Origin: Simkaniaceae bacterium
GTDB taxonomy: Bacteria > Chlamydiota > Chlamydiia > Chlamydiales > Simkaniaceae
Length of the DNA stretch: 64,000 bases
Direction: 5' to 3'
Assembly: GCA_030064985.1 (NCBI GenBank)
Contig: JASJDV010000018.1
Coordinates: 6,056-70,055, forward strand
This document shows positions 9,469 to 18,729 of this stretch, piece by piece. Both the position numbers and the translations under genes were made by a program. Under the pieces are notes generated by a model. The model searched no databases and was not told the DNA's origin. It saw only the letters and a list, made by a program, of their open reading frames with translations. Position 1 is the first letter of the stretch; every line of letters begins with the position of its first letter.

Positions 9469-11859
9469 TTAGGAAATAAAATCACGGAACTTTTTTGTGA
9501 TTTCTCCAATTAAACGTTTATGTTCCTTCTCAACTTGAGACTGTTCTAGCGTTTGTTTGTCGCTCCTGTATGTAAAACGGAAAGTAACATTCTTTTTATC
9601 TTTGCCTATTTTTTCATTTTCATAAAGATCGAGAAGGGAAAACTCTTTTAAAAGCTTCGATGAGAAGGCTCTAATTTCCTTAAAGACACTCCCTAGGTAA
9701 ACATCTTGATGGAATGTGACGGTCCAATCTCTTGTGGATGCAGGAAGCTGAGCGAGAGAAGACATTTTTCTATTTTTTTCTCTGACACTCATGAGATCCT
9801 GTAGATCCAATTGGGCAAAATAGACTTTTTTTTCAATCCCTATCCGTTTCAGTCGATCAGGATGGATTTCACCTAAAACCCCTAGCCGTAATCCTTGCAT
9901 AGAGACTTCTCCTTGAATTTGAGGGTGAAAACTCTTGAGTTGGGTTGAGGAAAAACATTCTCCAGTTATGTGAAGTCCTTCTAAAACATTCTCTACAATT
10001 CCCTTAAGGTCAAAAAAGTCCACACTTTCAGCTTTCACTCCCCAATGGTGGGGACGCACTTTTCCTGTCAATAAGATAGCTGCTGTCAAGCGTTCGCAAT
10101 AATTTTCACCATCTTTAAAATGAATTTTTCCGATCTCAAAAGCTGAAATATTTTCATTTTGCCGGTCGAAATTATGTTTGACGGCTTGGAGCATTCCTGG
10201 AAGAAATGAAGTCCGTAAAATCGATTGATCAAGAGAGCTTGGATAAAGAACGTGAATTTCTTCTTTTTCGCCTAGATTTTTTTCAATAGACAGTTCTGAA
10301 AGCCCAGGACTCATAAGATCACAAGTCAAGAATTCTTGGAGGCCACTTGTAATCAGCTGCGTTCTCAATTCTTTTTGAATGAGGTAAAGAGGGGAGTGGG
10401 GAAGGGGAGAATTGACAACGCGCACTTCTCGTTTTTTAATCGTGTTGTAACCATAGATACGAGCGATTTCTTCGATCAAGTCGATTTCATCATCGATATC
10501 ATTCCGATAAGAAGGAATGGTAACTACAAGTGTTTCTCTTTCTCTCTTTGTTTCCATTTCCAATCGCTTTAGAAAAGACTCCATTTCGCTTAGGCTCAAT
10601 TTCGTTCCAAGAATTTGATTAGTTCTTGAAAGACGGATCGTAATTTTTCTTTTCTTTTGTTTTTTAGCAACAGTATCCACCTTTCCTTCATCAATCTTTC
10701 CTCCTCCAAGTTTAGCAATCAAACTTGCAGCGCGATCTAAAGCTAAAGACACACCTTCAAAATCTATCCCACGCTCAAAACGAGCAGAAGATTCAGAGCG
10801 CAGACCTAGAGCCTTGCTTGCTCGACGAATCGCTGAAGGATTAAAGTGGGCAGCTTCTAAGATAATAGTTGTTGTCGCTTCCTCGACTTCTGAATCAGCT
10901 CCTCCCATCAAGCCTGCAATTGCTATGGGACCTTTTGCGTCATGGATCATCAAAACATCTTCAGGAACTTTCCGTTTTTTACCATCTAAGGTTGTAAAAG
11001 AGATTTCTTTTTCTGTGGACTGAACAAAGATTTTTTGCCCATGAACTTTTTTCGCATCAAAAGCATGCAGAGGTTGTCCAAGTTCTAACATGACATAATT
11101 GGTGACATCTACAATGGTGTTGATGCTTCTTATTCCCGCACTTTCAAGGCGGCGAACCATCCATTCAGGAGAAGATCCCACTTTTACACCGCGAATTTTC
11201 CGACAGCAATACCGATAACAGTTCTCTTTCTCTTTTATCTCTACACTAACAGTGCACCGGTTATGACTCGATGCAAGTGGAACGGAAGGTTTTTTTGCTT
11301 TCTGATCTAAAAGAGCTGCGACATCGCGAGCCAGCCCGAAGATGCTCATGCAATGCCCTAAATTTGGGGTGAGAGAAACTTCAAAAATGGGATCGCCAAA
11401 AAGCTTTGTTAAATCTGTTCCAACTGCAGCATTTTCGCTTAATACCATGATACTCTCAGAGCTTTTTGCAAGGCCGAGTTCTTCTTCAGCACAGAGCATT
11501 CCGAAGGATTCTACATCGCGTAGTTTTGATTTCTTGATCGTAAAAGTTTTCCCTTTTTTGTCGGTAAGAGAGCTTCCAATTTTGGCTAATGCAACCTTCA
11601 TTCCAGCCGCGCAACTAGGGTCACCACAAATAACTTGCAATGTCTCATTCCCGTCAAAGACCTGAGCAACTTTTAACTGATTGGCATTGGGGTGGGGTTT
11701 TGTCTCTTTGACTTCTGCAATCACGACCCCTTTAAATGAGAAAGGTGTTAGCTCTACCTTGTCGACTTCAAGTCCAGCAAGAGTGAGCACTTCAGAGAGT
11801 TTTTCAGTGGACACATCGAGTTTTACATAGTCTTTTAACCAAGAAAGGGGTACGCGCAT
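9469..11859 (-). CDS. pheT: Phenylalanine--tRNA ligase beta subunit
   Basis: 796 aa. MRVPLSWLKDYV start, an N-terminal tRNA-binding domain (KPHPNANQLKVAQV), and B3/4, B5 and C-terminal anticodon-binding-like regions in the usual order. Confidence 0.96.
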   Translation of the reverse strand: MRVPLSWLKDYVKLDVSTEKLSEVLTLAGLEVDKVELTPFSFKGVVIAEVKETKPHPNANQLKVAQVFDGNETLQVICGDPSCAAGMKVALAKIGSSLTDKKGKTFTIKKSKLRDVESFGMLCAEEELGLAKSSESIMVLSENAAVGTDLTKLFGDPIFEVSLTPNLGHCMSIFGLARDVAALLDQKAKKPSVPLASSHNRCTVSVEIKEKENCYRYCCRKIRGVKVGSSPEWMVRRLESAGIRSINTIVDVTNYVMLELGQPLHAFDAKKVHGQKIFVQSTEKEISFTTLDGKKRKVPEDVLMIHDAKGPIAIAGLMGGADSEVEEATTTIILEAAHFNPSAIRRASKALGLRSESSARFERGIDFEGVSLALDRAASLIAKLGGGKIDEGKVDTVAKKQKKRKITIRLSRTNQILGTKLSLSEMESFLKRLEMETKRERETLVVTIPSYRNDIDDEIDLIEEIARIYGYNTIKKREVRVVNSPLPHSPLYLIQKELRTQLITSGLQEFLTCDLMSPGLSELSIEKNLGEKEEIHVLYPSSLDQSILRTSFLPGMLQAVKHNFDRQNENISAFEIGKIHFKDGENYCERLTAAILLTGKVRPHHWGVKAESVDFFDLKGIVENVLEGLHITGECFSSTQLKSFHPQIQGEVSMQGLRLGVLGEIHPDRLKRIGIEKKVYFAQLDLQDLMSVREKNRKMSSLAQLPASTRDWTVTFHQDVYLGSVFKEIRAFSSKLLKEFSLLDLYENEKIGKDKKNVTFRFTYRSDKQTLEQSQVEKEHKRLIGEITKKFRDFIS

Positions 11860-11987
11860 GTTACATCCAAAGTTTTTTACCCTCTAAGTTTACCATAAGT
11901 TTGCTATTGGAGCATTAATTTTTTCTCTAGGGTAAAGAGTAAAACGATCCTTGCTTCCAAAATTTTTCGTTTGATATCTTATTGATT

Positions 11988-13061
11988 ATGGATTCTTTTG
12001 AAAAAAATCTTCACTATCATTCTCGAATTTTAATACACGCACTCATCATAAGTGGAACTTTAAATATTGCCCTGATTGCCACGTTCGTCACGTTTGTTGT
12101 AAAAGAGCGCAAAGAGGTAGTGATTCCTATAGCAATGGAAGTTCCTCTTAAGAAAGTCACACTCTCCAATCAGGAGGTCATTCGAAATTTTAGCGGAATG
12201 CCTTATGAAAATCTTGTTCAAGCGCTTTACGATGAAACACACGTAGAAGAAGGACAACGCCGCTGTGATTTAGCCTTAGCGTTTCTAGGAGCATACCATC
12301 ACTTTGATGTAGAACGTGCCTTTGCAGGTTACCCGATTGAGAGAAGAGTGATGCTTTTGGACGATGAGAAAAAGATCATTCTTTACCCAGGGTTAAGCGA
12401 TGGGAGGCTTGAAGCAGTGCGGAATTTTGCTCGCACGGAAGTTTGGCCCTTGACCCCCGAAGGGTTGTTTCGAGAAATACAGATGAGAAGTGAGATTCCT
12501 CAAAGCCTAAAAGAAGCGTTTGAAAATACAACAGAGTATTTTGTCGTTAAGAGGGCTTTTCACCGACTTCCCTGCAGTATCTCTGAAGAGGCTCTTTTTT
12601 CTTTTATTACTGAGGGAAGTTGGGAAGAAATAAAAGTTTTAGCTGAACAAATCCAAAAAAGCCCTGACGGAAAAGTTGCTGATTTTATCCCATTCTTAAT
12701 GCCTCGCATGGAAAAAGGTTCAAAGCTTGCGGCTCATTTACTGGTTTTGCTTGAGAAAGAGTATGCTTTAAAACAACTTGATGATGCTCAAATGAAACAG
12801 CTCCTTGCTCTTTTGGCAGGAGAAACCCCTGCATGCAAAGCCTTTTTATCAGAGGTTAAAAACAGCCTTCGGAGCGATCAAATGCAAGGACTTGCTGACA
12901 GGCTTTTAGAAAATCCACCACGCCGCTATATTGTCCAAGCTGGAGATAGCCTTTGGAAACTCTCCATTGATTACGGCACTAAAGTTGAAGTCATCAAAGA
13001 AATGAATGGTCTTGAATCAAAAAACTTACAACTTGGCACAGAACTTTTACTTCCTCCCTAA
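11988..13061 (+). CDS. Membrane-anchored LysM domain protein
   Basis: One N-terminal TM segment (ILIHALIISGTLNIALIATFVTFVV). C-terminal LysM motif YIVQAGDSLWKLSIDYGTKVEVIKEMNGL...LQLGTELLLP. The ATG at 11988 is preferred over the TTG at 11982. Confidence 0.75.
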   Translation: MDSFEKNLHYHSRILIHALIISGTLNIALIATFVTFVVKERKEVVIPIAMEVPLKKVTLSNQEVIRNFSGMPYENLVQALYDETHVEEGQRRCDLALAFLGAYHHFDVERAFAGYPIERRVMLLDDEKKIILYPGLSDGRLEAVRNFARTEVWPLTPEGLFREIQMRSEIPQSLKEAFENTTEYFVVKRAFHRLPCSISEEALFSFITEGSWEEIKVLAEQIQKSPDGKVADFIPFLMPRMEKGSKLAAHLLVLLEKEYALKQLDDAQMKQLLALLAGETPACKAFLSEVKNSLRSDQMQGLADRLLENPPRRYIVQAGDSLWKLSIDYGTKVEVIKEMNGLESKNLQLGTELLLPP

Positions 13062-13267
13062 GGAGGAGTGTCTGGCCCCCCTGGATGCCAAGGATTGCAT
13101 TTCAAGATCCGCTTGATCGTCAGGTAGATCCCCTTAACTGTTCCATACTTTTTGAAAGCTGCAAGCCCATATTCTGAACAGGAAGGGTAGAAGCGGCACT
13201 GCCCTTGACTAAAAGGACCAAGGGTCCATTGGTAGAGTTTAATGAGTCCTATGAATAAATATTTCAA
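13058..13267 (-). CDS. yidD: Membrane protein insertion efficiency factor YidD
   Basis: 69 aa. Family signature LIKLYQ...CRFYPSCSEYGLAAFKKYG...KRILKCNPWHPGG. Confidence 0.9.
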   Translation of the reverse strand: MKYLFIGLIKLYQWTLGPFSQGQCRFYPSCSEYGLAAFKKYGTVKGIYLTIKRILKCNPWHPGGPDTPP

Positions 13268-13323
13268 TCTAAAACACTTGATTTTCTAACTATTTTTTGT
13301 TATCATAGATGCCTTTAACTTAT

Positions 13324-13409
13324 GCGGAAGTGGTGGAACTGGTAGACACGCTACTTTGAGGGGGTAGTGGGAGTGAAATCCCTTGGGGGTTCGAGTCCCC
13401 CCTTTCGCA
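13324..13409 (+). tRNA. tRNA-Leu (anticodon GAG)
   Basis: Hand-folded cloverleaf. Acceptor GCGGAAG/CTTTCGC with one G-U pair. Anticodon stem CTACT/GGTAG with loop TTGAGGG (U33, GAG, G37). Long variable arm GGGA...TCCC. T-arm GGGGG-TTCGAGT-CCCCC. Discriminator A, and CCA is not encoded. Confidence 0.9.
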
Positions 13410-13725
13410 CAATTTATCATTTTTCATCTTTGTCTTTTGCCTCCGTAAAATCTTCTCTTTGTCTTATAGAAAATGTCTTCGGTTTAAGAACCTAAATTCG
13501 ATTAAAAATCGTGCGTCAAAATCGCTCCAATTTTAAATCAGCTTAGCTATTTTCGCATCAATTCCTTTCTAAAAACTGTAGCCTAACATACAAAATAAAA
13601 TTGTGATAGACAAAAAGGGCACTATGTGATACACAGATAGACGAGTTAAAGCTAGGTATAGACCATAGCGATCGCTTACAAAAAACTTCCCCCTTCTTTT
13701 TCCAGGCTGAAAAGTCTGGTCCCCG

Positions 13726-13754
13726 GCCGTTGTGCGAAAGCATGACGGCTTTTT
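13726..13754 (+). terminator. Intrinsic-terminator-like hairpin plus T5, plus-strand oriented
   Basis: GCCGT-TG-TGC-GAAA-GCA-TG-ACGGC followed by TTTTT. It is preceded by a second hairpin CCAGGC-TGAAAA-GTCTGG (13702-13719). There is no U-tract on the minus-strand side, so it does not serve sctV. Confidence 0.5.
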
Positions 13755-13841
13755 CAAAACAATGAAATCTATAAAATAAAAGTATGACTCTTTTTATTTG
13801 TCTTTTTCGCACTAGAGTATGAACCTATCCCAAATTAAAGA

Positions 13842-15965
13842 TTATGATAATTGAATGCGGCCGAGAGGTTGCATGCGAACCTCAGGGACGATTTCTTGAT
13901 AAGAAACCACGGGAAGATCAGGAAAGTCACCCTCAATAAGCTTGCGTGTAAAGCGGCGTACATCAATTGCGGTGAGCAAGACAGGAGGTTGTCCACCTGG
14001 CGGTGTAGGGACAATCACTTCACGCATTGCACGCAAGATAATCTGGACAGAGTCGGGATCAAGAGCAAGGTAGGACCCTGCGGAAGTTTGTTTGATCGCT
14101 CCTCGAATCATATCTTCAATTTCAGGATCGATAAGATAAACGGATAGAACCGTTTGTCCAAGAGAGTATTTGTAGCTGATGTAGCGTTTTAACGAGGAGC
14201 GGACATATTCCGTTAAAAGAACCGTATCTTTTTCTGTTTGAGCCCATTCACTCAGGGATTCTAAAATAGTACGGAGGTCTTTAATCGATATTTGTTCTTG
14301 AACCAGTCGCCGGAAAATTTCGGTAAGCTTTTGGAGGGGAACAAGGCGTGTTACCTCCTTAACGAGATCGGGGAATGATTTCTCCACAAACTCTAAGATA
14401 GCGCGCACTTCTTGAATACCGAGGAACTCCGAAGCATATTGCTTGTAAAATTGAGACAAATGGAGGATCATCACATCAAGTGGTTTCCAGTATTTGATTC
14501 CTGCTTTTTTTAGGATTTCAACATACCGGTTTTCAACCCAAAGCGCTGCTGTTCCAATCATATTTTTTGACGTTGTGAAGGGGAGGTTGTAGCGACCTAG
14601 CGTTTCCTCGTTCGCATCTGTGAGAACAGAGTTTTCAATCACCCGACCGCGAACAATCGGAACTTCATTAAGGAAAATCGAATACTCGTTTGGCTCCAAG
14701 GAGTTTGAGTCTGTTCTAACATGAATTCCAGGCAAGCGGATCCCTATATCTTGGTAGAGAGCATGCCGCATTTTCGGAACCATTTCATTGATAAAGTTTG
14801 CCCCTGTTTTTTCCTTTTTAATCAAAATTGTGAGGTTTTTCCCCGTCTCAAGAATGACTGGTAGGGTCAGGGCATAACTATCGAGACTTCCACCGACAAC
14901 GGTATGTCCTTCAACATCTGTTTCAATACTTGCAGATCCCATACCTTCTGCTGCGGCTTTTGCAGCGCGCTCTTTTCGTTTAAACCAATTGCGTATCCCG
15001 ACTCCAGCAAAAAGGGCTGCCAATACCAAGAAAATCCAAAAGGGGAATCCTTTTAGCCAAGCGAGTCCAAAAGTAACACATGAGGCGAGTATCAATCCTT
15101 TAGAATGGCCAAAAATTTGAGAGGAGACCTCTTTACCAAGGTTGGTATTTTTCTTTTCACTAGAAACCCGCGTTGTGACAATACCAGCTGTGAGAGAGAT
15201 CATAAGGGAGGGAATTTGTGTGATCAATCCTTCCCCAATCGACAAAAGAGAGTATGTTTGCGCTGCTTTCATAGCACTCATATTGTGAGACAGCATCCCG
15301 ATAATGAGGCCCCCAACGATGTTAATTACGGCAATGATAATACCAGCAATGACATCTCCCTTAACGAATTTCATGGCACCATCCATGGCTCCGTAAAGTT
15401 GGCTTTCTTTTTGGAGAGCTAGGCGCAGCTCTCGCGCTTGGTTTGCATCAAGTATCCCGCTTCGAAGGTCGGCATCAATACTCATTTGTTTACCAGGCAT
15501 TGCATCTAAGGTAAAGCGTGCAGCAACTTCAGCAACACGCTCAGCACCTTTTGTGACAACGATAAACTGCACAATGGTGATGATTAAGAAGATAACACCT
15601 CCAACGATAAAGTTCCCTCCTACAACAAACTCTCCAAAGGCTTGGATGATTTCTCCTCCATTTGCACGGAGGAGGATTTGCCTTGTCGCTGCAATTTCAA
15701 TGCCTAATCGGAAGAGGGTTGTAACGAGAAGAATAGAAGGAAAGATAGAGAGTTGAACTGCTTTTTGAATATAGAGAGCAACCATTAATAGACAAATGGA
15801 AACACTCATATTTATTGCAATCATGATATCGATAACAGTATCGTGTACAGGAATGATGATCATCCCAATAATCGCAATCACAAAGGCAGCAAGAATAACG
15901 TCGCTAGATCGGTTGATGAGCGCTAAGAATTTTGAACTTCCGAAATAGCTGCTGAGGTTTTTCAT
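13842..15965 (-). CDS. sctV: Type III secretion export-gate protein SctV (FlhA/LcrD family)
   Basis: 707 aa. Multi-TM N-terminal half with conserved FPSILLVTTLFRLGIEIAATRQILL and GAMKFVKGDVIAGIII blocks, then a large cytoplasmic C-terminal domain. It lies directly downstream of sctU. Confidence 0.95.
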   Translation of the reverse strand: MKNLSSYFGSSKFLALINRSSDVILAAFVIAIIGMIIIPVHDTVIDIMIAINMSVSICLLMVALYIQKAVQLSIFPSILLVTTLFRLGIEIAATRQILLRANGGEIIQAFGEFVVGGNFIVGGVIFLIITIVQFIVVTKGAERVAEVAARFTLDAMPGKQMSIDADLRSGILDANQARELRLALQKESQLYGAMDGAMKFVKGDVIAGIIIAVINIVGGLIIGMLSHNMSAMKAAQTYSLLSIGEGLITQIPSLMISLTAGIVTTRVSSEKKNTNLGKEVSSQIFGHSKGLILASCVTFGLAWLKGFPFWIFLVLAALFAGVGIRNWFKRKERAAKAAAEGMGSASIETDVEGHTVVGGSLDSYALTLPVILETGKNLTILIKKEKTGANFINEMVPKMRHALYQDIGIRLPGIHVRTDSNSLEPNEYSIFLNEVPIVRGRVIENSVLTDANEETLGRYNLPFTTSKNMIGTAALWVENRYVEILKKAGIKYWKPLDVMILHLSQFYKQYASEFLGIQEVRAILEFVEKSFPDLVKEVTRLVPLQKLTEIFRRLVQEQISIKDLRTILESLSEWAQTEKDTVLLTEYVRSSLKRYISYKYSLGQTVLSVYLIDPEIEDMIRGAIKQTSAGSYLALDPDSVQIILRAMREVIVPTPPGGQPPVLLTAIDVRRFTRKLIEGDFPDLPVVSYQEIVPEVRMQPLGRIQLS

Positions 15966-16010
15966 ATCATCCTATCGATGCCGCATTGTGTTATTAATTC
16001 ACATCTTTTT

Positions 16011-17090
16011 CTATCTAAATAGATCGACATTGTATTCAGGTTTTTCTGTAGCTTCAAGTCTATTTAACCACTTTAAGACCTCGGCGATTGCTTCGTAGGT
16101 CTCTTCCGGTATATATTGCCCCTCTGTTCCTTTATTGTACAGTTCTTGCGCTAAATCGACCTGTCTCATAATAGGGATATCATTTTTTTGCGCAATTTTC
16201 ATGATGTTTTCTGCTGCTATTCCTTTTCCCATGACTAAGATAAAAGGAGCGGGGTCGTCATCTTTATCATATCTGAGGGCCACAGCAATATGGGTCGGGT
16301 TCGTGATCACAACGCGCGCATTTCTAGCAACCCTTGGGCTTTCCTGATAAGCGATTTCTTGAGCAGCCTGTCGTCTTTTCCCCTTAATTTCAGGGTTTCC
16401 TTCGGTATCTTTATATTCTTGTTTGACCTCAAACTTTTCCATTTTCATTTCTTTAGCAAAGTTTCGCTTTTGGAAAATGAGATCGAAAATCGCAATAGCT
16501 AAAAAGAAAATCCCAACGCGAAAGGCCACTTGAATTAAGAACTTACTAAAAACAATCGCAGCGCCAAGAATAGGCATTCCAGCTGTTGCGATAATTTCGG
16601 GTAGACTTTTGTATATTGCGGAATAAATCAAGAGAACAGCACCTGTAATTTTCAGGATTGATTTGATCAATTCAACAAAAGTCTTAATATTAAAAATTCC
16701 TTTTAAATTGGTCACAGGGTTTAATTTTTTACTATCAGGCTTTAATGCTTGCATAGAAAAGAGGGGCCCAATAATTAAGAAATTAACCAAAACGCCAATT
16801 AGCGAAATAAGGATCATAAAGGGCATAGAAGTTGTGAAAATAACCTGAAAAGCAGACTGCATAAACAGCGGAATATGCGTTTTTATTTGACCTCCTGCTT
16901 TCACGCCATTAAAAGCTTGCATCATAAAACCCGCTAAATTTTTAAAGAAAAAACCCGAAGTGGCAACAATGAGAGCAAAGGAGGCGGCAAAAGTAAAGGC
17001 TGCGGGAAAATCTTTTGATTTAGCAACCTGCCCTTTTTTCCTTGCATCGCGCAGTTTCTTAGGGGTTGCTTTTTCGGTTTTTTCAGCCAT
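16011..17090 (-). CDS. sctU: Type III secretion substrate-specificity switch protein SctU (FlhB/YscU family)
   Basis: 359 aa. MAEKTEKATPKKLRDARKKGQVAKSKD N-terminus, four TM segments, and a cytoplasmic domain with the NPTH autocleavage motif (VVITNPTHIAVALRY). Confidence 0.95.
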   Translation of the reverse strand: MAEKTEKATPKKLRDARKKGQVAKSKDFPAAFTFAASFALIVATSGFFFKNLAGFMMQAFNGVKAGGQIKTHIPLFMQSAFQVIFTTSMPFMILISLIGVLVNFLIIGPLFSMQALKPDSKKLNPVTNLKGIFNIKTFVELIKSILKITGAVLLIYSAIYKSLPEIIATAGMPILGAAIVFSKFLIQVAFRVGIFFLAIAIFDLIFQKRNFAKEMKMEKFEVKQEYKDTEGNPEIKGKRRQAAQEIAYQESPRVARNARVVITNPTHIAVALRYDKDDDPAPFILVMGKGIAAENIMKIAQKNDIPIMRQVDLAQELYNKGTEGQYIPEETYEAIAEVLKWLNRLEATEKPEYNVDLFR

Positions 17091-17152
17091 TTCAGTAGAG
17101 AATAATTTTAACTTTATTAAAAAAAGCTAAGCATAGAGAATCAGGATTAATT

Positions 17153-18577
17153 ATGAAAGTTCTACTCACAGGCGCTACGGGCTATATCGGAACCCGTCTT
17201 CTTCAAACCCTTGCTGAAAAAGGGCAGGAAGTGATTGCTTTGGCCCGCGTTCCAGAAAGCGTTTTAATCCCTGAGAAATTTCAAGATCAGGTCAAAGTCA
17301 TTCCTGGAGATCTTCTTAAAAATTTGGAGCTTCCAGCAAAGGTGGATGTCGCTTATTATTTGGTGCATTCGATGTCAAATCGCCAGGAAGACTTTGAGAA
17401 AAAGGATAGAAAAGCGGCTGAAAATTTTGTGAAAGCGCTAGCAAAGACACGTTGTAAGCAGTTAATCTATCTTACGGGCTTGATCTCAAGCAAAAACCTT
17501 TCGAAACATCTTCGCTCCCGTTTAGAAGTAGAACAGATCCTCCAAAAAGGACCTATTCCTGTTACAGTATTTCGTGCTGGAATCATTATTGGTTCAGGGA
17601 GTGCTTCCTTTGAAATTATTCGAGACCTTGCTGAAAAGCTCCCCATTATGATTGCTCCCAAATGGGTAAGAAGTTGTTGCCAACCTCTTGCTGTTCGTGA
17701 CGTTCTTTTTTATCTCAATGAAGCCCTTGATAAAAAAGAGTGTATAAGTAAAACCTTTGATATTGGCGGACCTGACATTCTCACCTATAAAGAGATGCTT
17801 CTAGGCTATGCAAAAGTTCGAGGCCTTTTTCGCTGGATTATTACCGTTCCCTTTTTTACCCCTAAACTCTCTTCTTACTGGCTTGTTTTTATCACCGCTA
17901 CGAACTACTTTTTAGCGCGTTCGTTGGTCGATAGCATGAAAGTGGATGCAGTTTGCACAGAACATGAGATCGATAAAATTCTCCCGAGGAAATGTCTAAG
18001 CTACGAAGAAGCTGTTGAAAAAGCGCTCAGCCGCATTGAAGAAAATGCAGTGATTTCGAGTTGGCGCGATTCTTGGACAAGTAGCGGGATGGACCCTAAA
18101 TACTATGACATGTTGAAAATTCCAGAGAATGGGTCTTATCGCTATAGAGTGACTAAGTCCTTCAAAGAAGATCCTGATGTAGCCTTTAAACGGATTTATG
18201 CAATTGGAGGCAGGCGCGGTTATTACTTCATGGATTGGGCCTGGCGTTTTCGGGGATTGATCGATCGCTTCATCGGGGGAGTCGGGCTTCGTCGAGGAAG
18301 GACGCGCCGCCAGGTTTTAAAATCAGGCGATACGATTGACTTTTGGCGGGTTTTACAAGTAGATCCAAAACACCGCATTCTCAAACTCTACGCTGAAATG
18401 AAACTGCCAGGAGAAGCTTGGCTCGAATTTCGCGTCCACCAAAACTCTGTTGATCAAACCGCAACGTTTCGTCCGAAAGGGATTTTGGGTCGGATTTATT
18501 GGTGGATCCTTTATCCGGTTCATCGCATCCTCTTTCCTGGGATGTTATCTAAAGTCCTTAAAGCAAAGAAACCCTAA
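17153..18577 (+). CDS. NAD(P)-binding SDR-type protein with C-terminal DUF2867-like domain
   Basis: 474 aa. Rossmann motif MKVLLTGATGYIGTRL. The C-terminal ~150 aa (WRVLQVDPKHRILKLYAEMKLPGEAWLEFRV) resembles the domain usually fused to this SDR subgroup. Confidence 0.75.
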   Translation: MKVLLTGATGYIGTRLLQTLAEKGQEVIALARVPESVLIPEKFQDQVKVIPGDLLKNLELPAKVDVAYYLVHSMSNRQEDFEKKDRKAAENFVKALAKTRCKQLIYLTGLISSKNLSKHLRSRLEVEQILQKGPIPVTVFRAGIIIGSGSASFEIIRDLAEKLPIMIAPKWVRSCCQPLAVRDVLFYLNEALDKKECISKTFDIGGPDILTYKEMLLGYAKVRGLFRWIITVPFFTPKLSSYWLVFITATNYFLARSLVDSMKVDAVCTEHEIDKILPRKCLSYEEAVEKALSRIEENAVISSWRDSWTSSGMDPKYYDMLKIPENGSYRYRVTKSFKEDPDVAFKRIYAIGGRRGYYFMDWAWRFRGLIDRFIGGVGLRRGRTRRQVLKSGDTIDFWRVLQVDPKHRILKLYAEMKLPGEAWLEFRVHQNSVDQTATFRPKGILGRIYWWILYPVHRILFPGMLSKVLKAKKP

Positions 18578-18729
18578 TGTTTGTAACGCAATAGAATCCT
18601 TATCAAAAGCCTTATACATTGTGTTCAAAAAATAAGTCCTTTATAACCTCAAGAGAAATGCAACTATGCAGAATGAATCGAATAAAGAATCTTGCTAAAA
18701 TAAAAATTTTGGGAGTGTGAACGATTTTT

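Noticed and set aside
13558-13812. Two overlapping minus-strand ORFs (84 and 62 aa) in the tRNA-sctV spacer.
   Set aside because: The sequences are implausible (Cys/Phe/Arg-rich with no motifs), the two ORFs overlap each other in different frames, and they cover the plus-strand terminator hairpins. The interval is treated as non-coding.
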